Positions 26,241 to 38,829 of a stretch of 64,000 bases of DNA are shown piece after piece. Every line of letters starts with the position of its first letter. Positions within the stretch are counted from its first letter, which is position 1. This stretch comes from Cycas panzhihuaensis. Its lineage: Eukaryota > Plantae > Cycadophyta. The stretch spans positions 162,199,741 to 162,263,740 of the forward strand of contig CM041465.1 in the NCBI GenBank assembly GCA_023213395.1. Reading direction: 5' to 3'. The translations under genes and the position numbers were made by a program. The notes below the pieces were generated by a model, which worked only from the letters and a program-made list of their open reading frames with translations, did not search any database and was not told the origin of the DNA.

Positions 26241-27329
26241 CAAATTGAATTTCTGCAGAAATTTCAGCTTGTTAATCTCTCATTAACACATGATACCATA
26301 TGAAATTTCCATCATTTTTTGATCACCAGGATCCCAATATGGGCAAGGTGAGAGCATACAATGATAGATATTTTAAATGGCTCAAAATTCTTTAAAAAAT
26401 GGGTAAAACTCCTTTACAATCATTCTTCTAAATGTGGAAAATTTCGCAAGATTTCCTTGTTAAATGGACAAAAAAAGGGAAAAGAAAAAGAAGAATGGGA
26501 TAGCATGAATGGCCAGCAAAGGATTGGAATCCTTGGGCCTTACAACTCCTTGTATTATGCTTCCACACCCGCAAAAGAGAAAGGAAAGGCAAACAATACA
26601 AAATATGCTATCATAATAACTTGAAAATATTTCTAAATTCACTTTCACAATCTCCTTCACCACATGGATTGTGGGGAGAAGGAAGTGATGGCTCCATTGC
26701 AAGTGCAAATGGGGAATATGAAGGAAGCAAGCTCGATACCACATGAAAAGAGTGGATCTATCCTTCATCTCCATGCACTAAACACAAAGGCAAACATGGG
26801 AGCAAGAGAGACTTGAGAGAAAGAAAGTAGCTCTCACAAAATGGGGAGGTAAGAATGAATCTCCTCCATTGAGCTTTACTTTTATATTGAGAGAGGGAGC
26901 ATTTGGGTTAGGTGAAATGAAATTACACATAATGCACATGAAAGTGCATTTCACTTAAGTGATCTAATTTAAAGTTCACTTAAGACCCTTTTTCGAAATA
27001 ATCAACTAATGTAATGACCTTATGTCATTAACCCTTTTCAAAATGTAGTTTTTTTGCATGAACCAAGCACATAGAGGTTCATCACCATTTTATTGGAGAA
27101 CATGTCGAGGATGATGAGATTGATCTCGCCTACAAGCCAACGAATCAATAGGTTGTAGACATCTATACCAAATCACTTGGGAGAGATAAGTACAAAAAAA
27201 TTTAGAGATGGCATGAGAGTTCAACTTAATGATATAAACATTAAAAAGGGGTGTTAGAAATTTATGTTTAATCATTAAGTCATGTATTATTAAAGTACTT
27301 TATACTTAATTGATATTGTACACATTCTC

Positions 27330-29757
27330 TGTAGCATTCCCAAAAATAAGGAAGATATTGGTTTTTTATAGAAGGAATTATTATTATGAAGTCGTCGTTT
27401 TTAGAGAGAGGATTAAGAGTTGGTTTTTGGAGAGAGAAAATAAAGGCTATAGATAGAAAAGCTTTGATTATTTGTAAAACAAAATTTGGAGAAATTATTA
27501 TACTTGGAATAATGGCCTTGCGCCATGAGGGCACATTCATTCCTTTTGGAGGGCTGCTCTCACCTCAAAGAGGGTTTCAAATACTGTTGGATATTGTACC
27601 AGGTTTTGTTATTCTGATATTATTATTTACTTCAATTTTCGTTGTTATTTATCAATGTATGGATGTTATACTACATGGATGAATGAACTAATATTGTTGA
27701 AATATATTTTATGTGATGTAAATATATGTAATCTATTGAAAATATTATCTCTGTGGAGAATTACTATTGTGAAATGCATAAAAATCTATTGTGGGTATAT
27801 TGTGAATATCTGTGACTATTACCATTATTTGCTGCTCGAGAATCTAGGCCTGCTACAGTTGGTATCAGAGCCACTTGTGCAAAAGTAGTATAGTGTATCA
27901 CATTGCAAGAACCTAGGCAAGTTCAAAATCAGAGTTGAGAGTTGAACTCAAACCACCTGTAGTTTGAGAGCCACCCATAGTTCGTGGTTGTGGAAATAAG
28001 AGGAGCCATCGCATACAAAATTATGACTATGGAATAGATATTACCATATGCTTATTGTCTGTAGCCATGTGATGATTACAACTGGGAAAATGGATGAACC
28101 CTTGGTGTAAGGGTGCCTGCCTTCGAATTCCTAGTTCAGAGGACGAAAACAAGAGTCCCAAGGAAGTAACCGCCAATCATTGATAGGACAAGGGTTATGA
28201 TTGTGGCAGTGGATTGGGCAGTTTGCGAGGTGCAATATTACTCTTGCATGAGATTACTAGTCGATCGAAGAGTTTGTTGGGCATAGCTCTGTCTGAGTGT
28301 CCTGTGTAAGGCAGTGTGAGGCATAGACAAACACTAAAGCAACGATCAACATAGACAACATGACAAGCAAAGAGACAACACCTATGCTTATCGAGTCTAT
28401 CTGACATTGATGAGTTGAGACCTTTAAGAACTATAGGATAGTAGACAAAAATTTGAGGGAGAGATCATTGGAGCTTAAGCACCAAGTAATAGTTATTAGA
28501 CCGAGCAATGTTGCACAAAGGATCATACTTATTAGTAGGTGATAAGCCATAAGATCTATACTTGCACAATCAGGATCCAAATTCATATGTGAATCACACA
28601 GAGTTGAATGAAATATTTGCTTATGGCATATTGAGTAGGGTACAAGGCGTAGATGAAAGCTTTTGTGTAGAGCTAAATACTTAGCATAGGTTACATTTTT
28701 ATGAAGTATTTCAAGAAAAACAAAAAAGTGAGTTGGATTTTAGGTTGATGTCTACCCACCATCAAGGTCACGTGAGTATCCATAAACGACCATGGGTTAA
28801 ATTTCAAAAGGGGCTTAAACCCTTTTCCAACATTTTTTTTTTTTTCATTTTTATTTGCAAAAGAGGGTACCTAGACATTTTTGTCCATAACCCGAGCTAC
28901 AAGTATTGAATTGAAGTGTCTTCTGAACCAATGGAATCCTAGTTCAAAGACGATCGTTACAATTGGTCATATGTGATAGATTTGACGAGTGGGTGATATA
29001 GATTTAATCATTAAAGCGCAGCCTTCACTAACAAATAAAAAATGGAGACAATTTTTTTTAATCTAGAGGAATACAATGACATGAAAAAATGGCTAGAAAA
29101 CATCGAGGTCATTTATAAATTCACATTTGATATAGAAATTGAAGAGTATGGACCAGTATTAGAAATGTTACTAGACAGAAGAGCTCATAATTGGTTTGTT
29201 AATTGGACTAAAGAAGCTTTCATACTCAACTAGAGGTACTAGTTTTCATATGCCTGTATCATAGCTTTCGAGACGCAAAAACAAGGTTAAGTTCAAGTAG
29301 AGGGAACACTTGGATACCCATAGACTCACAAGTAGGGTGAGGATACCAAGGTATCGAAGTAGCTAGTTGAAGTGACAAAAACAAAAGAACAAGAACAAGA
29401 ACAAACGATTAAAGAGGAGATCATCGAGACCTTGTAGGAATAGGAACAAGAACCAATTTATAGCAAACAACACAATTGCACAAAAGACATGCAAAAGGTA
29501 CAAATAAATCACCCTATGGAAGAATTTGGCAAAAGGCAAATCAAGATCAAGGAAGAGATCCAAGGACAAGCTATGTAGGAGCTACACAAAAGCTATCAAA
29601 GAGCAAGCAAGAGAACGACTGGTGGAGGCAGAGGATTCTAAAGAAGAACCTCAACAAACATCATGCAAATCTAGCAAGGCACCCATTGATCCTATGTTGC
29701 ACATGCACATTTCTTTTGGTAGTTTTATCTATCCTCTCTCAATTCCAAGTTCAATAG
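27330..29757 (+). mobile_element. LTR element 'F' inserted in the 3' LTR of A: LTR 27330-27857, iMet PBS, Gypsy gag-like remnant; 3' end missing
   Basis: tgtagca...tgctaca inverted termini; tggtatcagagcc at 27860; ORF 29042-29233 (WLENIE..LLDRRAHNWF) resembles retrotransposon Gag. Confidence 0.75.
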
Positions 29758-32745
29758 TGTTGGGGGATATTTTGACACATAGGTTATGTGGAAAACGAAA
29801 TGCAGGCTTGTATTGATCAGTGGAATGCAGGTACGAATCGTGTGGAGGTATGCACAGCAGAAAAGTCAAGAAAAGGAGCATTCTAGGTATGTATGACAGG
29901 TGCATACCATTTCAGGTATGCAATACAAAGAGCGTATTGTTCTCGGTACGCTAACAGATAGCCAGGAACATATGAATAGATCTAACCTAAAGGGACTCAA
30001 AGGTGATGACGTCAACCTAAATGGATGTATGTATGGACGTATAGACGGAAAAGTGTTAAAGGAAAGGGTAACTTTGATGGCAAAAAGGTACAGTTATGAC
30101 TAGGGGTCATAACTCTTCATCAAAAGGCATCAAAAGGATGCATTTAAGGAGATCTTTGAGGATCATTCCAGGGGTGACAGCCAAGCATTCCCTCCATGAG
30201 GTAGTACGACAGCCAACAGGTCAAGAGAAGGTGGTACAAACTGAGAATCCAATGGATGCATTCCTGATATATTCCCTATTCAGGATGCATATAACTAACC
30301 TTGTGTATAGGGCTAGAATGTATGTAGGATACATTCTAGAACTGAATGTATAGGACATATTGCTTAATAAAGTAAAGGGTTACATGGAATATTGTCTTAT
30401 GCATACCATGATGTTTGCATAGTGAATACCTGTTGTTTGTTATACCGTTGTGTGGAATTTGTGATGATAGTGTAATAAATCAAAGAATCATAAGTGATAC
30501 CCTTGATAATAATTAATGAGAAAAGAAGCATGTTGACTGTATCCTAAACTAGACTACCAGTGATCCCTTGACAAGTGAACTTATCTCAGTAGGGAGATAG
30601 AAGAGTCAACATTGATTCTGTTGCCTACATCCACTGAGGAGGGACTGGGCCAGGAGTTTCACAAGGGGAGAATGTTCAAAGGACAGAGGACCCTGGTTGT
30701 CGTCATGATGGCGAGTTGTAACTAAGCCTTCGATAGCTAAGGGACCTTCCAATGCCACCTAAGAGGCCTTCAAAGGGGGGAGAGCCACAAAAGGGTACTT
30801 CACCTAAAGGGAAAGAAACAAGTAGACAAAGGGCATTACGATGGTCAAAGGAATCAAAATTAAGAAGAGCAAGAAGATTGAGTCTATATAATAACGAGAC
30901 TAAGGGATAGTCCGTGGAAGAATTTGAGGCAAGTGGAGCCCAGACATCTCAAAAACAAGGAGAGGAAAGAAATGGTGAGCAAATGGTACTAACACTTGCT
31001 CTAATTAAGTATGACCTTTTAAGCTCAGAAAAGGAGGAAAATACATAAGGAGATTTGGAACAAAACGACACCCTAGGGAAGGAGGAACATACAAATGTGG
31101 ATAATACCCCATAGGACCTAAGTGATAACGAGAAGAAGGCAGATGGAGGTCCCTCAACATATTGGGAAAATAAATTCATAAGGCAACTATTTGAGGATTC
31201 ACCGGACAAGTGGTCTGAGCAATCATATCTGATAGTTACACCATTAACGGTACAAGTGCCAGGAGTACTAGAACCTATACATTTAAAAACACCATTCAAC
31301 AATCCTTTATTTGGGAAAGAGAGTGCTGCACCAAGCACCCAGAATACACCACCTAAAGTGAAGGGTGGAGAAAAAGATGTAGAATCCTTAAAAAATCCAG
31401 AAGGAGAAAGATCACCATTGGGAATGACACCAATGTAGTCGCCAAGGATGGACGATTCAAGGGATTTTGGAAAACTAATCTTCAACGACACATCGGATGT
31501 AGTAGAGCATGTCTACCTATTTCAAAACTTGATTGACATGAAAAAAATTACAAATGAAGATGAGATAAAGGCTAGATTTGCATATACGCTAAGGGGAGTA
31601 CCATTAGCATAGTACAAGGAGTTGGATAAAAAGGAAACATGGGCCAACATAAACAAATCATTTGAAGAGAGATTCCAAAAGTTTCAAAGCAATGAAGCTG
31701 TGGAGATTTCCTTGAGGGAAATAAGGCAAAAAGGCAAAGGCCAGGAGAATCTGTATTGACCTATATTAGCAAAATGAAAATAATCACTGCCAATATGATA
31801 AACGAAACAATCACAGACCACAATATGAAAAACTACTTCGTTAGAGGGATGAATGAGAAGTTAAGATCTATGATGCATGCACATCCTCTAAAATCATTCA
31901 AAAATGCTCAAGATTTGGCATTGGATTTTGAAGCAGAGATGGACGGCCAAAGTGGAGGGCATGACCCTTTATAACTTAGGTTGCAAGACGAATAAGGGAA
32001 ATGAAGCAAAATCAACACAACCGAGCCCTCTGTCAAGTGGGAGTATCAGAGGAGGATTCAAAAATTGAAGCCTTAAGAAAGGAGGTAGCTAGATTGAAAA
32101 TGGAAAAGGGAAAAGAGGAAGCAAAGAAACAAAAAGATAGAGAATTCAAAATTGAGAAATGGTGTCATATATGCGAGGAAAGTTCGCATACAACTAAGGA
32201 GTGCAAAATCAATCCAAAATATAGTGTAATGCACCAAAGGGATAAGTGGTGCCATATCTGCTACATGGATAATCACAACACTAGGGAATGCCTCTATAAC
32301 ACCAGAGGGAGAGGTTGGGGCACGGGGAGCAACCCACCTCGAAATCTGTACACAACAAGAAGTATGCCAGAATCTTCAAAGAAAAAACAACTAATGGGAA
32401 GGTGTTTGATTTGTTTGCAATTTGGGCATTGGAAGTCAGATTGTTCAACCAAACAGGAGTATGAACATAAACCATTTGTATGCAACAATTGCCGGCCAAG
32501 TGAGCATAGAATGGAGGAATGAAAAGGAAAGGCAAAAGTGACCAACCTGATGACCATCATTTCAGAAGACAGTAAGAATGTAAAGTTGCAAAATAAACAG
32601 AAAGGAAAATATTTCGTAAGTGAGGATTACCTAAACCCCAAAATGGAGATAAGTCGTTTCAAGCAAGCAAAGAAAGTTTTGGAGGAGCTAGCCCAGCAGG
32701 AAAATAAAATAACGTTACTAATGGGGAAACTAGAAACGAAATATG
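29758..32745 (+). mobile_element. Non-chromoviral Gypsy 'G': probable 5' LTR (29758?-30611), degenerate tRNA-Glu PBS, Gag with four zinc knuckles; truncated
   Basis: gagtcaaca followed by tgattctgttgcc at 30613; capsid-like region about 31480-31940; knuckles CHICEESSHTTKEC, CHICYMDNHNTREC, CLICLQFGHWKSDC, CNNCRPSEHRMEE*. LTR start uncertain. Confidence 0.78.
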
Positions 32746-32749
32746 TATA

Positions 32750-33372
32750 ACGTTAACTTGTCATTGAAGTAAGTAAAAAACATAACTCCATCTTCATATC
32801 TCAATTAAAATATGCCAACAATCTCTTAAAAAGATTCAATATGGAGGACTACAATGCCAACCTCACTCCAATGGAGACAGGATGTGTTTTGACAATAAAT
32901 GAAGACAGTCAAGGAGTAAACGAGACTTTATACAGGCAACTTGTTGGAAGTCTCATATATCTGACAACATCCAGGCCGAACATATCATACTCAACCAGAA
33001 TCGTCTCTAGATTCATGCATACTCCAAAGGTCACTCATTGCAACACAACTAAAAGAATTCTAAGGTACATCAAAGGCACTTTAGATCTGGGATTGAAATA
33101 TGACAAAAATTCTTATCTTAATTTGATAGGATACTGTGATTTGGATTGGGCTAGTGATTGTCATGAGAGGAAATCTACTTTTGGGTACTACTTCACCTTA
33201 GGATTAGCCATAGCATTCTAGAATAGTAAGAAACAAGTAATTGTTACTTTATCATCTACATAGGCATAATGCAAAGCAATTGTGAGTGCCACTTGTGAAG
33301 CAATCTGGCTTAAACAATTGCTCAAAGACCTGAATTAGGAAATATCTAAATCCACTCCTATACTTTGTGATA
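32750..33372 (+). mobile_element. Isolated Copia RT C-terminal/RNase H fragment
   Basis: YRQLVGSLIYLTTSRPNISY..GYCDLDWA; no LTRs at either junction. Confidence 0.9.
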
Positions 33373-36300
33373 AAGCCCACAAAATGATGTATCCATAGCA
33401 TTAGTAGAGACAATTTGAAGCCTATAAGAGTAATTAAAAAGTTATAGAAAGGATAATGAGAGGATTCTAAAAAATCATGAAGTTATGCTCCAAAATATGT
33501 GGAGGACCATGGAGCAAGAAAGGTCTAAAAGGATTTATAACATAAAAAGCAATGAACTCTCAAGTAGAAGGACTAAGCAAAGAACATGTGGACGTAGTGA
33601 GGAACGACACTCTACAAGCACAATGTCCTCTAACAAAACCCTGAGGTTGTGATGAAGGGAGCGTGAAGGTAGGAGGAATACATTGCAATTTGAGATGAGA
33701 AAGGTTAAGCTGCCAGCTTTTAGTGGAGAAGTCAGAAAGGAAAATGAAGTAGAATCTTGGCTACTCAATATGGAAAAGTATTTCAACTTAAATGACTTCA
33801 ATTCTAACAAGAAAGTATGAATAGCAGTGTATAACTTAATAAGTAAGGCATCCCTATGGTGGGAACACCACAAGAAAGTGAAAGGTTTTTGAGAAAGGGA
33901 CTTCAAGTGGAGTAAGTTTGTGAAGTATTTCAAACATAAATACCTTTCAGAACAGTACTATCACCAAAAGGTAGAGTCCTTCTATGAACTGAAATAGGGA
34001 AGGAAGTTGGTAGATTAATACGAAAGGGAGTTCATGGAGTTGTTATAGTATGTTCCCTATATACAAGTGGAGAAAGTGAAGGTGCATAGGTTCCTCGGTG
34101 GTTTGAATGAAGGAATACAAAATAGAATCAAGATCCTAGAACCAAAGGCCTTGGAGGAGATCATACGTAAGGCTAGATACTGTGAGAATTAATGGACAAG
34201 GCAGAACAACAAGCTAACTGGTTGGAAGGGAAAGAGACTAGTGAAGTTGGTGTAGTAAGGAAGAAATTTTAGACCTCAGTAATTGAATCAAGGAGGTAGA
34301 AATCTCAAGCCCCCACATGGCAACACAAGGCCAAACTTACTAGTTGCTAAAACCTTAGAAAATTGAGCCATACGCAGGTGTTATATATGTAATAAGCAAG
34401 GACATTTTGCTGCCTAATGTCTCCAAAGAGCTAGTACTAGTAGTAGAGCACATAATTTAGAAATGGAACCAATTGCGGTAGACATTGTTAGGAAAGTAGG
34501 GCAGATGTTTGTGTGAGTAACAATTGAAGGAAGATAGGTTGATCGCTAATTCACAATGGTGCAAATAGAAGGTAAGATTGTTGGTTACAACCTTACATTG
34601 TTAATTAACGTTGACAACAACCATAATTTTATGCATCTTAGATTGGCTGAGAAATGTAGACTCCAAAGGCAAGCACATACCAAGAAATGGATTGCTAATA
34701 TGGCAAACAATAGTAAGAGAAGGGTGATAAAGTTCATATTGTCATGTCCTCTTGAGTGGGAAGCATGGTCCACATATGACAACTTCCAAATTTTACCATT
34801 GGGAGACTATGATGCCATTATTGGCATGGAATGACTAGAAGTAGATCATGCCAAACTTGATTATTCCAACAAGCTTATTAAATATTTGGATGATGAAGGG
34901 AAACCAACAATAGTACAAGGAAAGAAGATCACAACTTGTGTATAACAAGTCTCTGCTGCCCAAGTAAAGAAGTGGTTGAGGAAAAGATACAAGGCATATA
35001 CAGCCTATGTAACCAAAGAAGAAGCTTAGAAGGGATTAACTCTTGAAAACCTTCCTTTGGTGAAAGAGTTCCAAGGTGTTTTCCTAGATGAATTACTAGG
35101 GTTACCACCTAAGAGAGATAGACTATGCTATATGCAATGGAGCTTATGCCTGGAGTAGGGCCAATTTCTAGGGCTCCATATAGATTAACCACAACTAAAT
35201 TGACTAAACTAAAGATGCAGCTATAAGAGATGTTGGACAAAGGACTTATCAGGCTTAGTACTTTGCTATGGGGAGCTCTGGTATTATTTGTGAAAAAGGA
35301 TGCATCTCTCAGGCTACGCATCGATTATAGACAATTAAATAAGGCTACTGTCGAGAACAAGTACCCATTACCTCAAAAAGATGACTTGTTTGACCATATG
35401 AGTGGAGCAACAATGTTCACAAAAATTGACTTAAGGTCTAGGTACTACTAGATCAGAATTAAGGATGAAGACATCTTTAAGACAACATTCAAAACAAGGT
35501 ATGGTCACTATGAATTTGCAATGATGCTATTTGATTTAACAAACAATGTATTCAGATAGTACCTGGAAAATTTGTGGTGATTTTCATTGATAATATATTA
35601 GTCTACTCTAAGATGAGAAGAACATGAAGAGCACTTATAAATAGTGTTGCAATTATTGAGAAAGCACAAACTGTATGCAAAATTCAGCAACTGTGAATTC
35701 TATAAGGAGCAGATATACTACTTGGGGCATGTCATCTCAGCTGAAGGCATCTTTGTAGACCCCCAAAAAATAAAGGCAATCATAGGTTGGCTATCCCCTC
35801 GCAATGTGCAACAGGTATGAAGCTTTATGGGACTTGTTGGATACTATAGAAAATATGTAAGATTTTTTTGAGATTGCAACCCTAATTACTTCTCTACAAA
35901 AGGAAAATGCTAAGTTCATATGGACTAAGTTATGTGAAGAAAGGTTTCAATTACTAAAAAAGCTACTTACCTTAGCGCCCATTTTAATCGTGCCAGATCC
36001 AAATATGGACTTTTTGGTTTGCATTGATGCTAGCTTGGAGAGGCTTACTGTTGTTTTTATGCAGGGTGAAAAAGCGGTGGCTTATGAATCCCGGAAGTTG
36101 AAAGCATATGAAGAGAACTATCTTGTGCATGATCTTGAGCATGTCATCATCATTCATGCACTTAAGGTTTGGCGACACTATTTGTTGGGGCAAAAATTTG
36201 AACTACGAATAGATCACAACAACTATAGTTAAATGCCAGATAACATAGATGGGTAGAATATATGATTGAATTTGATTTGAAATTCCACTATGTCAAAGGC

Positions 36301-38829
36301 AAGGAGAATAAGGTTGATGATGTTCTAAGTCAAATACACCATATTGCTATTGTAAGTATGTTGAAATTAGACTTCTTATGAAGGAGATACATTGTATAGA
36401 TAATCCAAGGATATATTGCAGCAACAAAGAGAGCGACGAAGTGTAAATGCTAAGTTGCTAAGGAAGTTTACAGGGTTCAAAGAAATGGAGGATGGCACCT
36501 TGGCATACCAACGAAGAATTTATATGCCACATAGTCCTAAAATTAGGGAACTTATTTTGCATGGAGTGAATAAAGCAACTTATGCAAGATATCGGGGCTA
36601 TAATAAAACTTATGTTGTTGTAAAGAGGCAATTCTATTGGCTTGGCATGAAGGGTGATGTGTTGACCTATGTAGCAAAATGCTTAACATGCTAGAAGATA
36701 AAAGTACAATATCAACATCTAGTTGGACTGTTACAACCATTGAAAATCCCTAAATGGAAGAGGGAAACAGTGATAATGGATTTCATTACAGGCTTATCAA
36801 GAGGCACTAAAGAGCATGATGCAATACTTGTTGTGGTGGACAAGCTAACCAAGTCTGCACACTTCATATTAGTATGCTCAACTAATATTGCACCAGAGAT
36901 TGCCAAAATCTTCATGAAGGAGATTGTTCGATTGCACGGAGTGTTGAAAGCCATTGTATTTGACAGGGATAATAAATTCACTTCAAAATTTTGAAAATCA
37001 TTCTTCCAAGAGTTGGGCACCAAGTTGCAATTTACTACAGCATACCATCCCAAGGGAGATGGGTAAACAGAGAGAGTGAATCAAGTATTGGAGGATTTAC
37101 TTAGGATGTACACTATGAAGTGGCCTATAAATTAGGAGAACTATATCCATTTTAAAGAATTTGAATACAACAATTTTGTCCACTCATCCTTGGGAGTAAG
37201 CCCATTTGAGACATTACATTAGGTCTAGACATGTTGTAGGTAATGGAAAGGTAGGTGATTAGCATCTGGCAACAATTAAAAATAGCACGAGATAGATAGA
37301 AAAGCTATGCAAACCTAAAGCAAATAGCCAAGGAATTCCAAATTGGTGATCATGTGTTCCTAAGGGTGAGGCCCAAACATAGTTCCATAAGTTTGGGGTC
37401 TTGCAAAATGCTTGCTCCAAGGTATTGTGGCCCTTTTGAGATATCAGAAAGGGTGGGTTCAGTTGCTTATAAACTTGCACTCCTACCAAACATCCAAGTA
37501 TATAATGTGTTCTATATTTCTTTGCTTACAAAGTATGTGTCAAATTTAATGTATATATCGGATAGGACTAACTTTGTAGCAGGACCAAGCTTGGAGTTTG
37601 AAGAAAATCCACTTAGAATTCTAGACAATAAGGAGAAGGTATTAAGAAACAATAGAGCATTAGATAGGTAAAAGTCCAACGGTAACATTTGACACCAAAA
37701 GAGGCCACTTCGGACTTAAAGGATGAGATGATCTAGCAATACCTAGAACTATTTGCAACAAGGTAAATTGCATCAAGACATACTTTTTTTAAGGGTAGGG
37801 GGATGTAAGAACCCAACCTTAAGGTGATAATCATCAGGGTATATGCTTCTACTTTGTCATGGCAGAGTATCAACAATCTTCTTCATTTTCGTCACTTCTT
37901 TTCATACTTTGTATCAATGTAGTTTGTTCCATTTTGCTTTATGTTCACCCTATATAAGGTGGAAGCTATTTTATGCTCTGCTAGGTGTGAGGGTGCACTA
38001 CTTTTATTTACCTATTCATCCTTGTGAAGTGGAAGTTTATTTCATACTCCACTAGGTGTGAGGATGCGCCATTTTCTATTTCTAGAATAGGTAGTTAGTT
38101 TATTTTGTGATTTGATTGTGTTGGATTTTTATGCCAACACTTTGCATGATGTAACATTTGTTTTGTTATTGCTTGTATCGATATAGAAGCCAACTAGATT
38201 GCTTTCAAAGACGAGGGGACTGGATGATATGAATGACAAAAGAATAGAGAGTGAGGCATAGTTTGGGTAACAATAAGTATGATTTTGTAATCCACAAAAA
38301 TAATATTTTCAAGTGATGATAGATTCAGTTTAAAGGCATGATTTGCAAGAGAAAACATCACCAATTGAGAGATCAAAGTTCAAGTTTTCCATCGACTAGT
38401 AGATTGCTTCAAATGGAAAAGATATGCAAGTATGCAGTTGCAGAAATGACTAGCAGGCAATTTAGCAGAGGGTAAAATTAGACTTGAAGGCTCTGTTCTA
38501 TAACAATTATCTACTATATACTTTGAAATTGGATTTTAAGTCTTAGTTTGTATCAAAGAGAGCATTGAGATCTTTCCGACAAGTGGTAGAAGTCCCAAAA
38601 CAAATATCATATGAAAAGGTTATGGTGGTTCAAAGTTACAAAGTTTAAACTTCACCACTTGCAAATATGGAACAACTCACTAAGTTGGTAAGTTTGAAGA
38701 AATCAAATATTATCATAACTTATCTTTTAGCCTTGCATAAGTATTCCACAATGAAGAGCATGTTAAGAGCTTTCCAATGAGTGATGGGACTCCCAAATCA
38801 AATGTCGGAGGAGAAAGTTATGGCTATTT

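Larger units (their letters stand above)
19541..27040 (-). mobile_element. Full-length Copia element 'E' with identical 297-bp LTRs (19541-19837, 26744-27040)
   Basis: No LTR mismatch seen. TSD gaatg/aaatg; PPT reverse complement at 19838-19848; PBS reverse complement gctcgatacca at 26731-26741. Gag-PR-INT-RT-RNase H about 24700-20300 with many 1-nt frameshifts; ~2-kb leader. Confidence 0.95.
4456..27329 (+). mobile_element. Old Copia element 'A', 5'-truncated and split into four pieces (4456-4549, 11065-12614, 17302-19540, 27046-27329) by nested insertions
   Basis: Gag N-terminus ENFTTWKKQVKNLML joins in frame to MNELWGY across the 4550-11059 insertion. Then knuckle CDYCGKPGHIQNEC, protease, LWHARLGH, integrase, RT, RNase H. 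PPT aaaaaggggg and start of 3' LTR at 27252. Confidence 0.88.

Noticed and set aside
30949-31491. 180-aa minus-strand ORF as a novel gene
   Set aside because: It is the antisense shadow of the Gypsy gag N-terminal region. The same applies to many short ORFs opposite gag/pol.
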